A DNA stretch of 64,000 nucleotides from Actinomycetota bacterium (GTDB taxonomy: Bacteria; Actinomycetota; Thermoleophilia; Gaiellales; Gaiellaceae), in contig JBKPRD010000059.1 in NCBI GenBank assembly GCA_046734415.1, positions 3,595 to 67,594 of the forward strand, in the 5' to 3' direction. The notes under the pieces were generated by a model that did no database searches, was not told the origin of the DNA, and was given only the letters and a program-made list of their open reading frames with translations. The position numbers and the translations under genes are program-made. Positions 55,029 through 62,900 of the stretch are shown in pieces; the first letter of the stretch is position 1; every line of letters begins with the position of its first letter.

Positions 55029-56171
55029 CTAGCCGGGTGGCTGGACGTGCGAGACCGACCCGATCACGCCTCTGACGAGCCACTGCATCGAGTACAGCGC
55101 GGCGATGCCCGCCTTCGTGTTCGGATCGAGGCACCTGCCCTTCGGGATCCTCAGCTTCCCGGCCTGGTCGTAGATGGGGCCGCAGAACTCGTTCCACTTG
55201 CCCGAGACGATCAGCGCCCGCTTCTTGGCGATCGCCGCCTTCGTCGCCGCCGAGACCTTGGGCCCGAACGGCGCGAGGCCGGTGAAGCCGTCCTTGATCG
55301 AGCCGTAGTAGAAGCCCGGCTTCCACGTCCCGGCCATCGCGGCCTTGACGCGCTTGAGGTAGTAGGGCCCCCAGTTGTAGACGGCCGCGGTCAGCCACTG
55401 CTTCGGCGCGAACTTCTTCGCGTCGGAGTCGTAGCCGACCCACGGGATGCCGCGCTTCTCCGCGAAGACTCCCGCGGCGGGGCTGTCGACGTTCTGCCCG
55501 AGCACGTCGGCACCGGCGGCGACGAGAGCCTTGGCCGCGGCGGTCTCCTTCGGCGGCGAGAACCACGAGTTCGTCCAGACGAGCCTCACCTTCGCGCCCG
55601 GGTGCGTGGCCTGGGCGCCGAGCGTGAAGGCGTTGATGTGGCGGACGACCTCGGGGATCCCGTAGGCCGCCACGTAGCCGATGACGCCCTTCTTCGTCGC
55701 GGCGCCGGCCGCCATGCCGGACAGGTAGATCGTGTCCTCGCCCGCGCCGAAGTACTCGGCCTGATTCGGCTTGACCTGCAGGCCCGTTGCCTGCTCGAAC
55801 AACACCTTCGGGTACTTCGCGTACAGCTGGCCGTTGACGCCGAGCTCGAACTGGCCGAAGGACGCCCCGAAGATCATCTGGTACCCGTCCCGCACGAGCC
55901 CGGCGACGATCTGCGGCACGGACGCGTTGCTGAACACGTTCTCCTTGTAGGTCGTCTGCACCTTGTCGCCGAGCATCTTCTGAACGTAGAGCCGCCCGGC
56001 GTCATGGGCCTGCGACCAGCCGCCGTCGTTGTGCGGGCCCGGGTAGATCCAGGCCACCTTGAACGCCGCCTCCTTCTTCGCCGGCTTCGCCGCCGCAAGC
56101 CCGGCGAGCGACGCAGCCGCTGCGACCAGGCACACGACCAGTGCGCCCAGCACCACCCTCTGCTTCTTCAT
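55029..56171 (-). CDS. BMP-family (Med/PnrA-like) substrate-binding lipoprotein for purine nucleosides
   Basis: ATG at 56171 (GGAGGG SD; residue 6 of track ORF) gives 380 aa: MKKQRVVLGALVVCLVAAAAS.. signal, ..KVAWIYPGPHNDGGWSQAH.., ..GADVLGQNVDSP... Confidence 0.85.
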   Translation of the reverse strand: MKKQRVVLGALVVCLVAAAASLAGLAAAKPAKKEAAFKVAWIYPGPHNDGGWSQAHDAGRLYVQKMLGDKVQTTYKENVFSNASVPQIVAGLVRDGYQMIFGASFGQFELGVNGQLYAKYPKVLFEQATGLQVKPNQAEYFGAGEDTIYLSGMAAGAATKKGVIGYVAAYGIPEVVRHINAFTLGAQATHPGAKVRLVWTNSWFSPPKETAAAKALVAAGADVLGQNVDSPAAGVFAEKRGIPWVGYDSDAKKFAPKQWLTAAVYNWGPYYLKRVKAAMAGTWKPGFYYGSIKDGFTGLAPFGPKVSAATKAAIAKKRALIVSGKWNEFCGPIYDQAGKLRIPKGRCLDPNTKAGIAALYSMQWLVRGVIGSVSHVQPPG

Positions 56172-56266
56172 AGAACCCTCCTGCATGCCGTGGTACGCCC
56201 TATCGCCGACTATAGAACGGTTGCGGCGCGGACCGGAAGGGCTGATCGGGGTATGGTCGATCCGCC

Positions 56267-57592
56267 GTGACGATGTTGCTGCAAAAAGGGTGGATCTGTC
56301 CGATGGACGATTCCGGCGCCGAGCACGAGGACGGCTGGGTACTCGTGCGCGACGGGCTCGTCGAGGCGGTCGGCGAGGGCGCGCCGCCCCTCGCGGACAC
56401 GGTCGTGGATCTCAGCGGGGCCGTCGTCACGCCCGGCCTCGTCAACACGCACCACCACCTGTACCAGACCCTCACGCGGGCCCGGGCGCAGGAGGCGACG
56501 CTCTTCGAGTGGCTGCGCGAGTTGTATCCGGTGTGGGCGCGGATCGACGCCGACTCCGAGTACGCAGCCGCGCGGACCGGGCTGGCAGAGCTCGCTCTCT
56601 CCGGCTGCACCACCGTCTTCGACCACCACTACGTCTTCCCGCGCGGCCGTTCGGGATTGTGGGAGGCCGAGGTGCAGGCGGCCCGCGAGCTCGGCGTGCG
56701 GATCGTCGCGTCGCGCGGCTCGATGGACCTCGGCGAGTCGGACGGCGGATTGCCGCCGGACTCGCTCGTCGAGTCGATCGACCAGGTGCTTGCGGATACC
56801 GAACGACTCGCGGGCCTGCAGGACGAGGAGGGAATGGTGCAGCTCGCGGTCGCGCCCTGCTCGCCGTTCTCCGTGACCGAGGAGCTGATGCGTGAGTCGG
56901 CCGAGCTGGCGCGGCGGCAGGGGCTGCGGCTGCACACTCATCTGGCCGAGACGGTCGAGGAAGACGCGTACTGCGAGGAGCTGTACGGCTGCCGGCCGGT
57001 CGAATACCTCGAGCGGCTCGACTGGCTCGCCGGGGACGTCTGGTGCGCCCACTGCGTCCATCTGGCGACAGAGGACATCGGCGCGTTCGGCCGGGCAGGC
57101 GTCGGCGTCGCGCACTGCCCGACCTCGAACCTGCGGCTCGGCGCGGGTGTTGCGCCGGTCCGCGAGCTGGTCGACGCCGGCGCACCGGTGGGGCTCGGCG
57201 TCGACGGCTCTGCTTCGAACGAGCGCAGCGATCTCCTTTTCGAGGTCAAGCAGGCGCTGCTCGTCGCCCGAGGGCGCGGGGGACCACGGGCGATGACGGC
57301 GCGGGAGGCGCTGCGGCTGGGGACGCGCGGCGGCGCGGCCGTCCTCGGGCGCGACGACATCGGGCAGCTGGCGCCCGGGAAGCGCGCGGACATCGCGGTC
57401 TGGCGGACCGACGGCCTCGAGCTCGGCGGGGCGGAGGCCGATCCGGTCGCCGGCCTCGTCCTCTCCGCGCCGCACCGGGTCGATCGGCTCTACGTCGCGG
57501 GCGACGAGGTCGTGTGCGACGGGCATCTCGTCCGGGCCGACGAGGACGAGATCGCGCGCGAGCACCGCAGGCAGGCGGCGCGTCTGGCGTAA
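56267..57592 (+). CDS. Amidohydrolase-superfamily purine deaminase (8-oxoguanine/guanine deaminase, ATZ/TRZ-like)
   Basis: Track ORF of 441 aa (GTG 56267 or ATG 56273): PGLVNTHHHLYQTL, HTHLAET, AHCVHL, GVDGSASN (metal/active-site set). Confidence 0.8.
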   Translation: MTMLLQKGWICPMDDSGAEHEDGWVLVRDGLVEAVGEGAPPLADTVVDLSGAVVTPGLVNTHHHLYQTLTRARAQEATLFEWLRELYPVWARIDADSEYAAARTGLAELALSGCTTVFDHHYVFPRGRSGLWEAEVQAARELGVRIVASRGSMDLGESDGGLPPDSLVESIDQVLADTERLAGLQDEEGMVQLAVAPCSPFSVTEELMRESAELARRQGLRLHTHLAETVEEDAYCEELYGCRPVEYLERLDWLAGDVWCAHCVHLATEDIGAFGRAGVGVAHCPTSNLRLGAGVAPVRELVDAGAPVGLGVDGSASNERSDLLFEVKQALLVARGRGGPRAMTAREALRLGTRGGAAVLGRDDIGQLAPGKRADIAVWRTDGLELGGAEADPVAGLVLSAPHRVDRLYVAGDEVVCDGHLVRADEDEIAREHRRQAARLA

Positions 57593-57602
57593 GAATCCAG
57601 GG

Positions 57603-58058
57603 GTGGCGGCCGACCGAGAGCGCGATCTCGACCAGGAGTGGAGCGAGCTGATCGAGGAGAACCGGCTCGCGATGCCGGGGACGCAGGTTCTCTTCGCCTT
57701 CCTGCTCGTCCTCCCGTTCCAGCAGCGCTTCGAGGAACTCGATGACGGCCAGGTCGGCGTCTACTATGCGGCGCTCCTCTGCGCGGCGGCCGCGATCGTC
57801 CTCCTGATCGCTCCGACGGCAGCGCACCGGATCCGCTGGCGGCAGCACGACAAGGAAGCGCTGCTGCGGCTCTCCACCCGGACCGGCATCGCGGCCGCCG
57901 CCTTCATCGCCATCGGGATGACGGCCTCGGTCTACCTCATCACCGACTTCCTCTTCGGCGAGCCGTGGACGGCCGCGGCGGTCGCCGGCCTCGGCGGCGG
58001 CTTCGCCTGGTTCTGGTTCGGCCTGCCGATCCTGCGGCGGCTGCGCGATCGCCACTGA
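57603..58058 (+). CDS. Small 3-TM membrane protein (DUF6328-like as I recall the family)
   Basis: Track ORF of 151 aa, GTG start: ..WSELIEENRLAMPGTQVLFAFLLVLPFQQRF.. matches the conserved N-terminal motif of that family. Confidence 0.6.
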   Translation: MAADRERDLDQEWSELIEENRLAMPGTQVLFAFLLVLPFQQRFEELDDGQVGVYYAALLCAAAAIVLLIAPTAAHRIRWRQHDKEALLRLSTRTGIAAAAFIAIGMTASVYLITDFLFGEPWTAAAVAGLGGGFAWFWFGLPILRRLRDRH

Positions 58059-58088
58059 CCCCGATCGGCGGCGCCACTCGTGACGTTT

Positions 58089-58116
58089 GCAACCCAGTCT
58101 CTGAGACCGGGGTTGC
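58089..58116. promoter_or_regulatory. Imperfect 28-nt inverted repeat GCAACCCAGTCTC-T-GAGACCGGGGTTGC upstream of the urate-oxidation genes
   Basis: Read directly in the 110-nt gap between the DUF6328-like stop (58058) and the HIU hydrolase start (58169). It has 7+5 complementary bp with one bulge and no following T-tract, so an operator or RNA structure fits better than a terminator. Confidence 0.3.
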
Positions 58117-58168
58117 GCCGAAAGCGTGCCTTCTTGTCCACAGCCGAATTGCAGTGGAAGATGCCGAC

Positions 58169-58453
58169 GTGATCTCGACGCACCTCCTCGATACCGCCCG
58201 CGGCGTCCCCGCGCAGGGCGTGCGCGTCGAGCTCTACCGCGGCGACGAGCTCGTCGGCGAGGGCGAGACCGACGACGACGGCCGCATCCGCGAGCTCGCC
58301 GACGCCGCGCCCGGGACCTACCGGCTCGTCTTCCACCCCGATTCCCCCTTCTTCCGCCGCGTCGAGGTCGAGATCGAGATCGAGGCCGGTCGCGACTACC
58401 ACGTCCCGCTCCTGCTCTCGCCGTACGCGTGCGCGATCTACCGCGGCAGCTGA
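58169..58453 (+). CDS. uraH: 5-hydroxyisourate hydrolase (transthyretin-like), compact form
   Basis: GTG at 58169 inside track ORF 57965..58453 gives 94 aa: VISTHLLDTARGVPA.. N-terminus, ..YHVPLLLSPY.., and the diagnostic C-terminal YRGS. Confidence 0.8.
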   Translation: MISTHLLDTARGVPAQGVRVELYRGDELVGEGETDDDGRIRELADAAPGTYRLVFHPDSPFFRRVEVEIEIEAGRDYHVPLLLSPYACAIYRGS

Positions 58454-58872
58454 GTCACGAGGAGCTCGCGGAGCTGTTCGAGGGCGACACGGAGCTCGTC
58501 CGCCGGCTCGCCGACGTCGAGGACCCCCTCGGCCAGGCGCGCCACATCGCGCGTGAGCTGAGCGAGAGCGAGAAGCTCGAGGCACTGAACGCGCACCCGG
58601 CGATCGGTCAGCACGCCGGCCTCTCCGCCCGCTCCGCCGTCGAACAGGGCGCCGACGCCGACCCCGAGGTGCTCGAGGAGCTCGCCCGCCTGAACCGCGA
58701 GTACGAGGAGCGCTTCGGCTTCCGCTTCGTCGTCTTCGTCAACCGCCGGCCGAAGGCCGAGATCCTCGAGGTGCTCCGCGCGCGAATCCGGCGGACGCGC
58801 GAGGAGGAGCTGGGCACGGCCGTCGAAGAGCTCGTCGCGATCGCCGAGGACCGATGGCAGCGCAACTCCTAG
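58429..58872 (+). CDS. uraD: OHCU (2-oxo-4-hydroxy-4-carboxy-5-ureidoimidazoline) decarboxylase
   Basis: GTG at 58429 inside track ORF 58126..58872 gives ~147 aa (start uncertain): ..LNAHPAIGQ.., ..NREYEERFGFRFVVFVNRRPKAEIL... Confidence 0.8.
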   Translation: MRDLPRQLSHEELAELFEGDTELVRRLADVEDPLGQARHIARELSESEKLEALNAHPAIGQHAGLSARSAVEQGADADPEVLEELARLNREYEERFGFRFVVFVNRRPKAEILEVLRARIRRTREEELGTAVEELVAIAEDRWQRNS

Positions 58873-60080
58873 CCGCCTCCGCTCTACTGGCCGACTACAC
58901 CACCGATTGGCTGGATCTGGTCTTTCGGTGGTTCCACGTCGCTGCGGCGATCGTCTGGATCGGGACGTCGTTCTACTTCGTCGCGCTCGACAACCACCTG
59001 CTCGAGCCGGAGCGTGAGCTGGACCGGGAGGAGGGGGTCGCGGGCGAGTCCTGGGAGATCCACGGCGGCGGCTTCTACCGGATCCACAAGTTCCTCGTCG
59101 CCCCGCCCCACCTGCCGAAACCGCTGCACTGGTACAAGTGGGAGGCATACTGGACCTGGCTCTCCGGGTTCGCGCTCCTCTGCATCGTCTACTACACCGA
59201 CGCCCGCCTGCGGCTGATCGACCCGCAGGTCGCCGACCTCGAGCCGTGGCAGGCGATCCTGATCTCGATCGCGCTCCTCGTGGCAGCCTGGCTCGTCTAC
59301 GACTTCGTCTGCCGCCGGTTCGGGTCGCGGCCGTTGCTCCTCGCCGCGGTGATCCTCGGTCTCGTGACCGCGACGTCGTACGGCGTCGCCCAGCTGTACC
59401 AGCCGCGCGCGGCGTACCTCCAGGTCGGCGCGATGCTCGGAACGATCATGACCGCGAATGTCCTGTTCGTGATCATCCCCGGGCACAGGGAGCTCGTCCG
59501 CGCGAAGAAGGCGGGCCGCGAGCCGGACCCGAGAGCCGGGATCGTCGGCAAGCAGCGTTCGGTGCACAACAACTTCCTGACGCTGCCGGTGCTGTTCACG
59601 ATGCTCGCCGGGCACTGGTCGTTCACGTACAGCCACGACGACGCGTGGGCCGTGCTGGTCGCGTTGATGGCGATCGGCGCGGCGATCCGCCTCTACTTCA
59701 ACCAGCGCCATGCCGGCCGGACGCTCTGGTGGATCCCCGTCGGCTGTGCGGCGGCGATCGCCGGGATCGCCGTTTGGCTGCGCCCGCACACCGCCTCGCC
59801 CGCGCCCGGCGCGCCTGCCGTGCCGTTCGCGACCGCGCAGCAGGTCGTTCGCCAGCGCTGCGCCCCCTGCCACTCGCAGCGCCCGACGCAGCCGGGCTTC
59901 AGTGTGGCGCCCGCCGGCGTGGTCCTCGAGACCCCCGAGCAGATCCACGCCCTCGCCGGCCAGATCAAGGCGGTCGCCGTCGACTCGACGTTCATGCCGC
60001 TCGGGAACGCCACTCACATCACACAGGACGAGCGCGACCTGCTCGGTCGTTGGATTGCCCATGGTGCGAAGACCGGATGA
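58854..60080 (+). CDS. puuD: Membrane-bound cytochrome c urate hydroxylase PuuD
   Basis: Track ORF of 408 aa. The polytopic N-terminal domain (..FRWFHVAAAIVWIGTSFYFVALDNHL..) plus the C-terminal c-type haem domain CAPCH is the PuuD architecture. Confidence 0.85.
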   Translation: MAAQLLAASALLADYTTDWLDLVFRWFHVAAAIVWIGTSFYFVALDNHLLEPERELDREEGVAGESWEIHGGGFYRIHKFLVAPPHLPKPLHWYKWEAYWTWLSGFALLCIVYYTDARLRLIDPQVADLEPWQAILISIALLVAAWLVYDFVCRRFGSRPLLLAAVILGLVTATSYGVAQLYQPRAAYLQVGAMLGTIMTANVLFVIIPGHRELVRAKKAGREPDPRAGIVGKQRSVHNNFLTLPVLFTMLAGHWSFTYSHDDAWAVLVALMAIGAAIRLYFNQRHAGRTLWWIPVGCAAAIAGIAVWLRPHTASPAPGAPAVPFATAQQVVRQRCAPCHSQRPTQPGFSVAPAGVVLETPEQIHALAGQIKAVAVDSTFMPLGNATHITQDERDLLGRWIAHGAKTG

Positions 60081-60144
60081 GTGACGAGCCGCGGATCTCG
60101 ACCCTCCTGCAGGCCTCGGCGCTCCGCCCGTAGGGTCCCGCCCG

Positions 60145-60555
60145 ATGCTGCGGATTTCCGTCGCCGGTTACGAGCTCGCCGCTCGCTGGGAGGAGGCCCG
60201 CTCTCCGCACACCGTCGCCTTGGTGAGGACGATGCTCCCGTACGAGAGCCGGCTGATCCAGGCGCGCTGGAGCGGGCAGGCGGCCTGGATTCCGATGGGC
60301 GACCACGACGTCGGCGACCTCGGGCCCGAGGACCCCACGAGCTACCCGGCTCCGGGGCAGCTGCTCCTCTATCCCGGCGGCATCAGCGAGGTGGAGATCC
60401 TCTTCTCCTACGGGGCCACCTGCTTCGCGAGCAAAGCGGGGCAGCTCGCCGGCAACGTGTTCGCCGGCGTCGTCGAGGGGCTGGAGCATCTCGCCACGAT
60501 CGGGGAGCTCGTGCTCTGGGAGGGAGCGCAGGCGATCCGGCTGGACGAGTCGTGA
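60145..60555 (+). CDS. DUF3830-like (cyclophilin-like fold) protein of unknown function
   Basis: Track ORF of 136 aa: ..ARWSGQAAWIPMGD.., ..PGQLLLYPGGISEVEILFSYGATCFASKAGQLAGNVFAG.., matching my recollection of the DUF3830 consensus. Confidence 0.6.
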   Translation: MLRISVAGYELAARWEEARSPHTVALVRTMLPYESRLIQARWSGQAAWIPMGDHDVGDLGPEDPTSYPAPGQLLLYPGGISEVEILFSYGATCFASKAGQLAGNVFAGVVEGLEHLATIGELVLWEGAQAIRLDES

Positions 60556-61433
60556 TCGCGCACTGGGACGAGGTGGACGGCCGCGTCCTCGAGCGCGGCC
60601 CGATGCGGCTGACGCGGATCGATCTCGGCGACGCCATCGGCTCCGACCGGATCGGCGTCGCGCTCTTGAAGGTCCAGCCGGGCGGCCGCTCGTCGCCCGT
60701 GCACTGCGAGCTCGCCGAGGAGGAGATCTTCTACGTGCTGCGCGGTTCCGGGCTGCTCTGGCAGGACGACGGCAACGGCCCGAAGACGTACGAGGTGCAC
60801 GCCGGAGACTGCATCGTCCATGTCGCCGCGACCGAGTACCACACGCTCGTCGCCGGCGACGACGGGCTCGACGTACTGGCGTTCGGGCAGCGGGTCTGGG
60901 CGACCGCCAGCTCCCTGCCGCGCGCCGGCGTCCTGCGCATGGAAGAGACGGTCGAGATCTCGACCGGCCCCCACCCCTGGGAGCGGGAGGCGGCGGCCGG
61001 TGACCTGGAGCTGCCGGAGCCGAGCCCGCGCCCGAAGAACGTCCTCGCGTTCGCGGACGCCCCCGTGATCCTGAACGGGACCGTGCGCATCCTCGGGGAC
61101 ACGGCCGGCTCGGTCCGCACAGGCCTGAACTCGCTGACGATGACCCCAGGCGGCGATCCCTACGTCCCCCACTGCCACTCCGCAGAGGAGGAGATCTTCG
61201 TCGTCCTCGAAGGCGCCGGGATCGTCCGGCTCGGCGACGAGGAGCACCCCGTGCGCGCAGGCCACGCGGTCTCGAGGCGGCCTGGCACGGGCGTCCCGCA
61301 CTCCTTCGTCGCCACCGAGGGCCCGTTCACGCACCTCGCCTACGGCACGCGCGAACCGAACGACATCGCCTACTACCCCGAGACGGGAGAGATCCTCCTG
61401 CGCGGCGTGGGCGTGACGCTGAAGGCGCAGTAG
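60552..61433 (+). CDS. Bicupin protein of unknown specificity
   Basis: GTG at 60552 (GTGA overlap with the upstream stop) inside track ORF 60081..61433 gives 293 aa. It has two cupin modules: GGRSSPVHCELAEEEIFYVLRG... and GDPYVPHCHSAEEEIFVVLEG...HPVRAGH. Confidence 0.7.
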   Translation: MIAHWDEVDGRVLERGPMRLTRIDLGDAIGSDRIGVALLKVQPGGRSSPVHCELAEEEIFYVLRGSGLLWQDDGNGPKTYEVHAGDCIVHVAATEYHTLVAGDDGLDVLAFGQRVWATASSLPRAGVLRMEETVEISTGPHPWEREAAAGDLELPEPSPRPKNVLAFADAPVILNGTVRILGDTAGSVRTGLNSLTMTPGGDPYVPHCHSAEEEIFVVLEGAGIVRLGDEEHPVRAGHAVSRRPGTGVPHSFVATEGPFTHLAYGTREPNDIAYYPETGEILLRGVGVTLKAQ

Positions 61434-61442
61434 GCTCTGGCG

Positions 61443-62081
61443 GTGACCGAGGACTGGCGGGTGACCGCGACGCTCGACGAGGAAGGCCTCGTCGGGCGCC
61501 TGCTCGATCGCCTTCGCCGCCACGAGGTCGAGGACGCCGTGGTCGCGCGGCTCGGCGGGCGTGTCGTCGTCACCACGGGCCCCTCCCATGTCTTCGTGTA
61601 CTCGGACAGCCCGGAAGCCGCACGCGAGGCAGAGCACCTCCTGCGCGAGGTTTCGGCGGCGCACGGCATCACCGCCGACGTCGCCGTCCACCGCTGGCAT
61701 CCCCTGGAGGAACAGTGGGAGGACGCGACCGTGCCCTTGCCTCAGACCGAGGAAGAACGAGACGTCGAGCGCAGGCGCCTGGAGGAGCAGGAGACGGAGC
61801 AGTCCCAGCGGACCGGACTTGCGGAATGGGAGGTCCGGGTGGAGCTCGAGTCGCACGACGCTGCGGCAGAGCTCGCCGACAAGCTCGCCGAGGAGGGGCT
61901 GGAACCCGTCCGCAGGTGGACGTACCTGGTGGTCGGGGCGAACAATCGGAGCGACGCCGAGGCGTTGGCCGAGCGTCTCGAAGAAGAGGCGCCTCCCGGC
62001 AGCACGATCACCGTCGAGGGGGGCCCCGCGATGGCGCGGGAGGGAACGGCAGGGACCCTGTTCGCCGCGTGGTTCGACTAG
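61443..62081 (+). CDS. Hypothetical acidic protein with two similar ~65-aa modules joined by a charged helix
   Basis: Track ORF of 212 aa, GTG start. Module 1: WRVTATLD..HVFVYSDSPEAAREAEHLLRE. Module 2: WEVRVELE..YLVVGANNRSDAEALAERLEE. Linker: TEEERDVERRRLEEQETEQSQR. Confidence 0.5.
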   Translation: MTEDWRVTATLDEEGLVGRLLDRLRRHEVEDAVVARLGGRVVVTTGPSHVFVYSDSPEAAREAEHLLREVSAAHGITADVAVHRWHPLEEQWEDATVPLPQTEEERDVERRRLEEQETEQSQRTGLAEWEVRVELESHDAAAELADKLAEEGLEPVRRWTYLVVGANNRSDAEALAERLEEEAPPGSTITVEGGPAMAREGTAGTLFAAWFD

Positions 62082-62400
62082 CCGTCGAGACGCTCGAGCG
62101 CGCCCGCCAGCACGTCGACCGCGAGCTCGACGTCCTCCTCGGACAGAGCTCGTCCGGTGAGTGCGAGATGCCGCCGTCACCTCGCCGACCGTGGCGACCG
62201 CGCCGTACGACCGACCCCCGCTTCGCCCGCTCGACCGCCTCGATCGCGGCGACGCCGCCGAGGGCGCCGTCGAACTCGAGCCGCTCCATCACGCGCACCG
62301 GGCGATGGTACGGCAGGCCGAACCCCCAGACGCCTGGCAGCCCTATTCCCGCGAGCGGCGCGGTCGAGGACGATCCGCGCAGCGAAAGCCCGAACGACCG
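62078..62400 (-). pseudogene. Possible frameshifted 3' relic of a PLP aminotransferase gene
   Basis: Three reverse frames each carry protein-like stretches in succession: ..GLPGVWGFGLPYHRPVRVMERLEFDG..AIEAVERAK / GRSYGAVATVGEVTAA / LALTGRALSEEDVELAVDVLAGALERLDG*. There is no intact ORF, and the 5' part is replaced by the opposite-strand gene at 62417. Confidence 0.25.
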
Positions 62401-62416
62401 AAAGGAGGAAGGCGAC

Positions 62417-62875
62417 ATGAACCCCTACGACGTGACGAGCTCCTTCGTCCGCATCGTCGACGCAGACCCCCGGCAGGCCCGCGAGGTGCTGACCCGGATC
62501 GACCCGATGCGCTCGCTCGCCGACCGCCTCTCGGCGCTCGGGCTGGACGACCGGACGATGTGGGCCAACGGCGACGACGAGCTGACGTACCGCCTGGTCT
62601 GGCGCTTCGGCGACGACCGCGGAAGCGCGATGCTCGACTGGCGGCTGACGATCGACCGCGACGCCGCCGGGCGGACGGTGCTGAACGTGAAGCTGGCCGG
62701 CCGCGGGAGCGACGCCGCCGCGAGGGCCCGCGTGCTCTCGAGCTGGATGCTCCTCGAGGAGCTCGCCGAGAACCACACGCGCCGCCTGGCGCGCACCGTC
62801 GACGAGTTCGTCAACGCGGACGACTACGAGCACGACCTCGCCGCCGACCCGCCACAGCTCCTCAGGGTGGTCTAG
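62417..62875 (+). CDS. Hypothetical protein (152 aa; possibly SRPBCC/START-like)
   Basis: ATG at 62417 preceded by the very strong SD AAAGGAGGAAGG, inside track ORF 61715..62875. Starts MNPYDVTSSFVRIVDADPRQAREVL... The fold guess is weak. Confidence 0.55.
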   Translation: MNPYDVTSSFVRIVDADPRQAREVLTRIDPMRSLADRLSALGLDDRTMWANGDDELTYRLVWRFGDDRGSAMLDWRLTIDRDAAGRTVLNVKLAGRGSDAAARARVLSSWMLLEELAENHTRRLARTVDEFVNADDYEHDLAADPPQLLRVV

Positions 62876-62900
62876 CGGCGGGGATCGCCGAGCTGTTTCC

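Noticed and set aside
56172-56266. Possible purine riboswitch in the divergent leader between the BMP importer operon and the deaminase operon
   Set aside because: The gap is only ~95 nt and serves two promoters. I could not find the conserved purine-aptamer junction sequences or a three-way junction by eye. A covariance-model scan would be needed to overturn this.
62008-62418. 136-aa minus-strand track ORF as a real gene
   Set aside because: Its 3' third overlaps the well-formed plus-strand gene 61443..62081 and is Arg/Ser/Pro-rich junk. Only the middle segment looks protein-like, which fits a decayed fragment better (see the pseudogene call).
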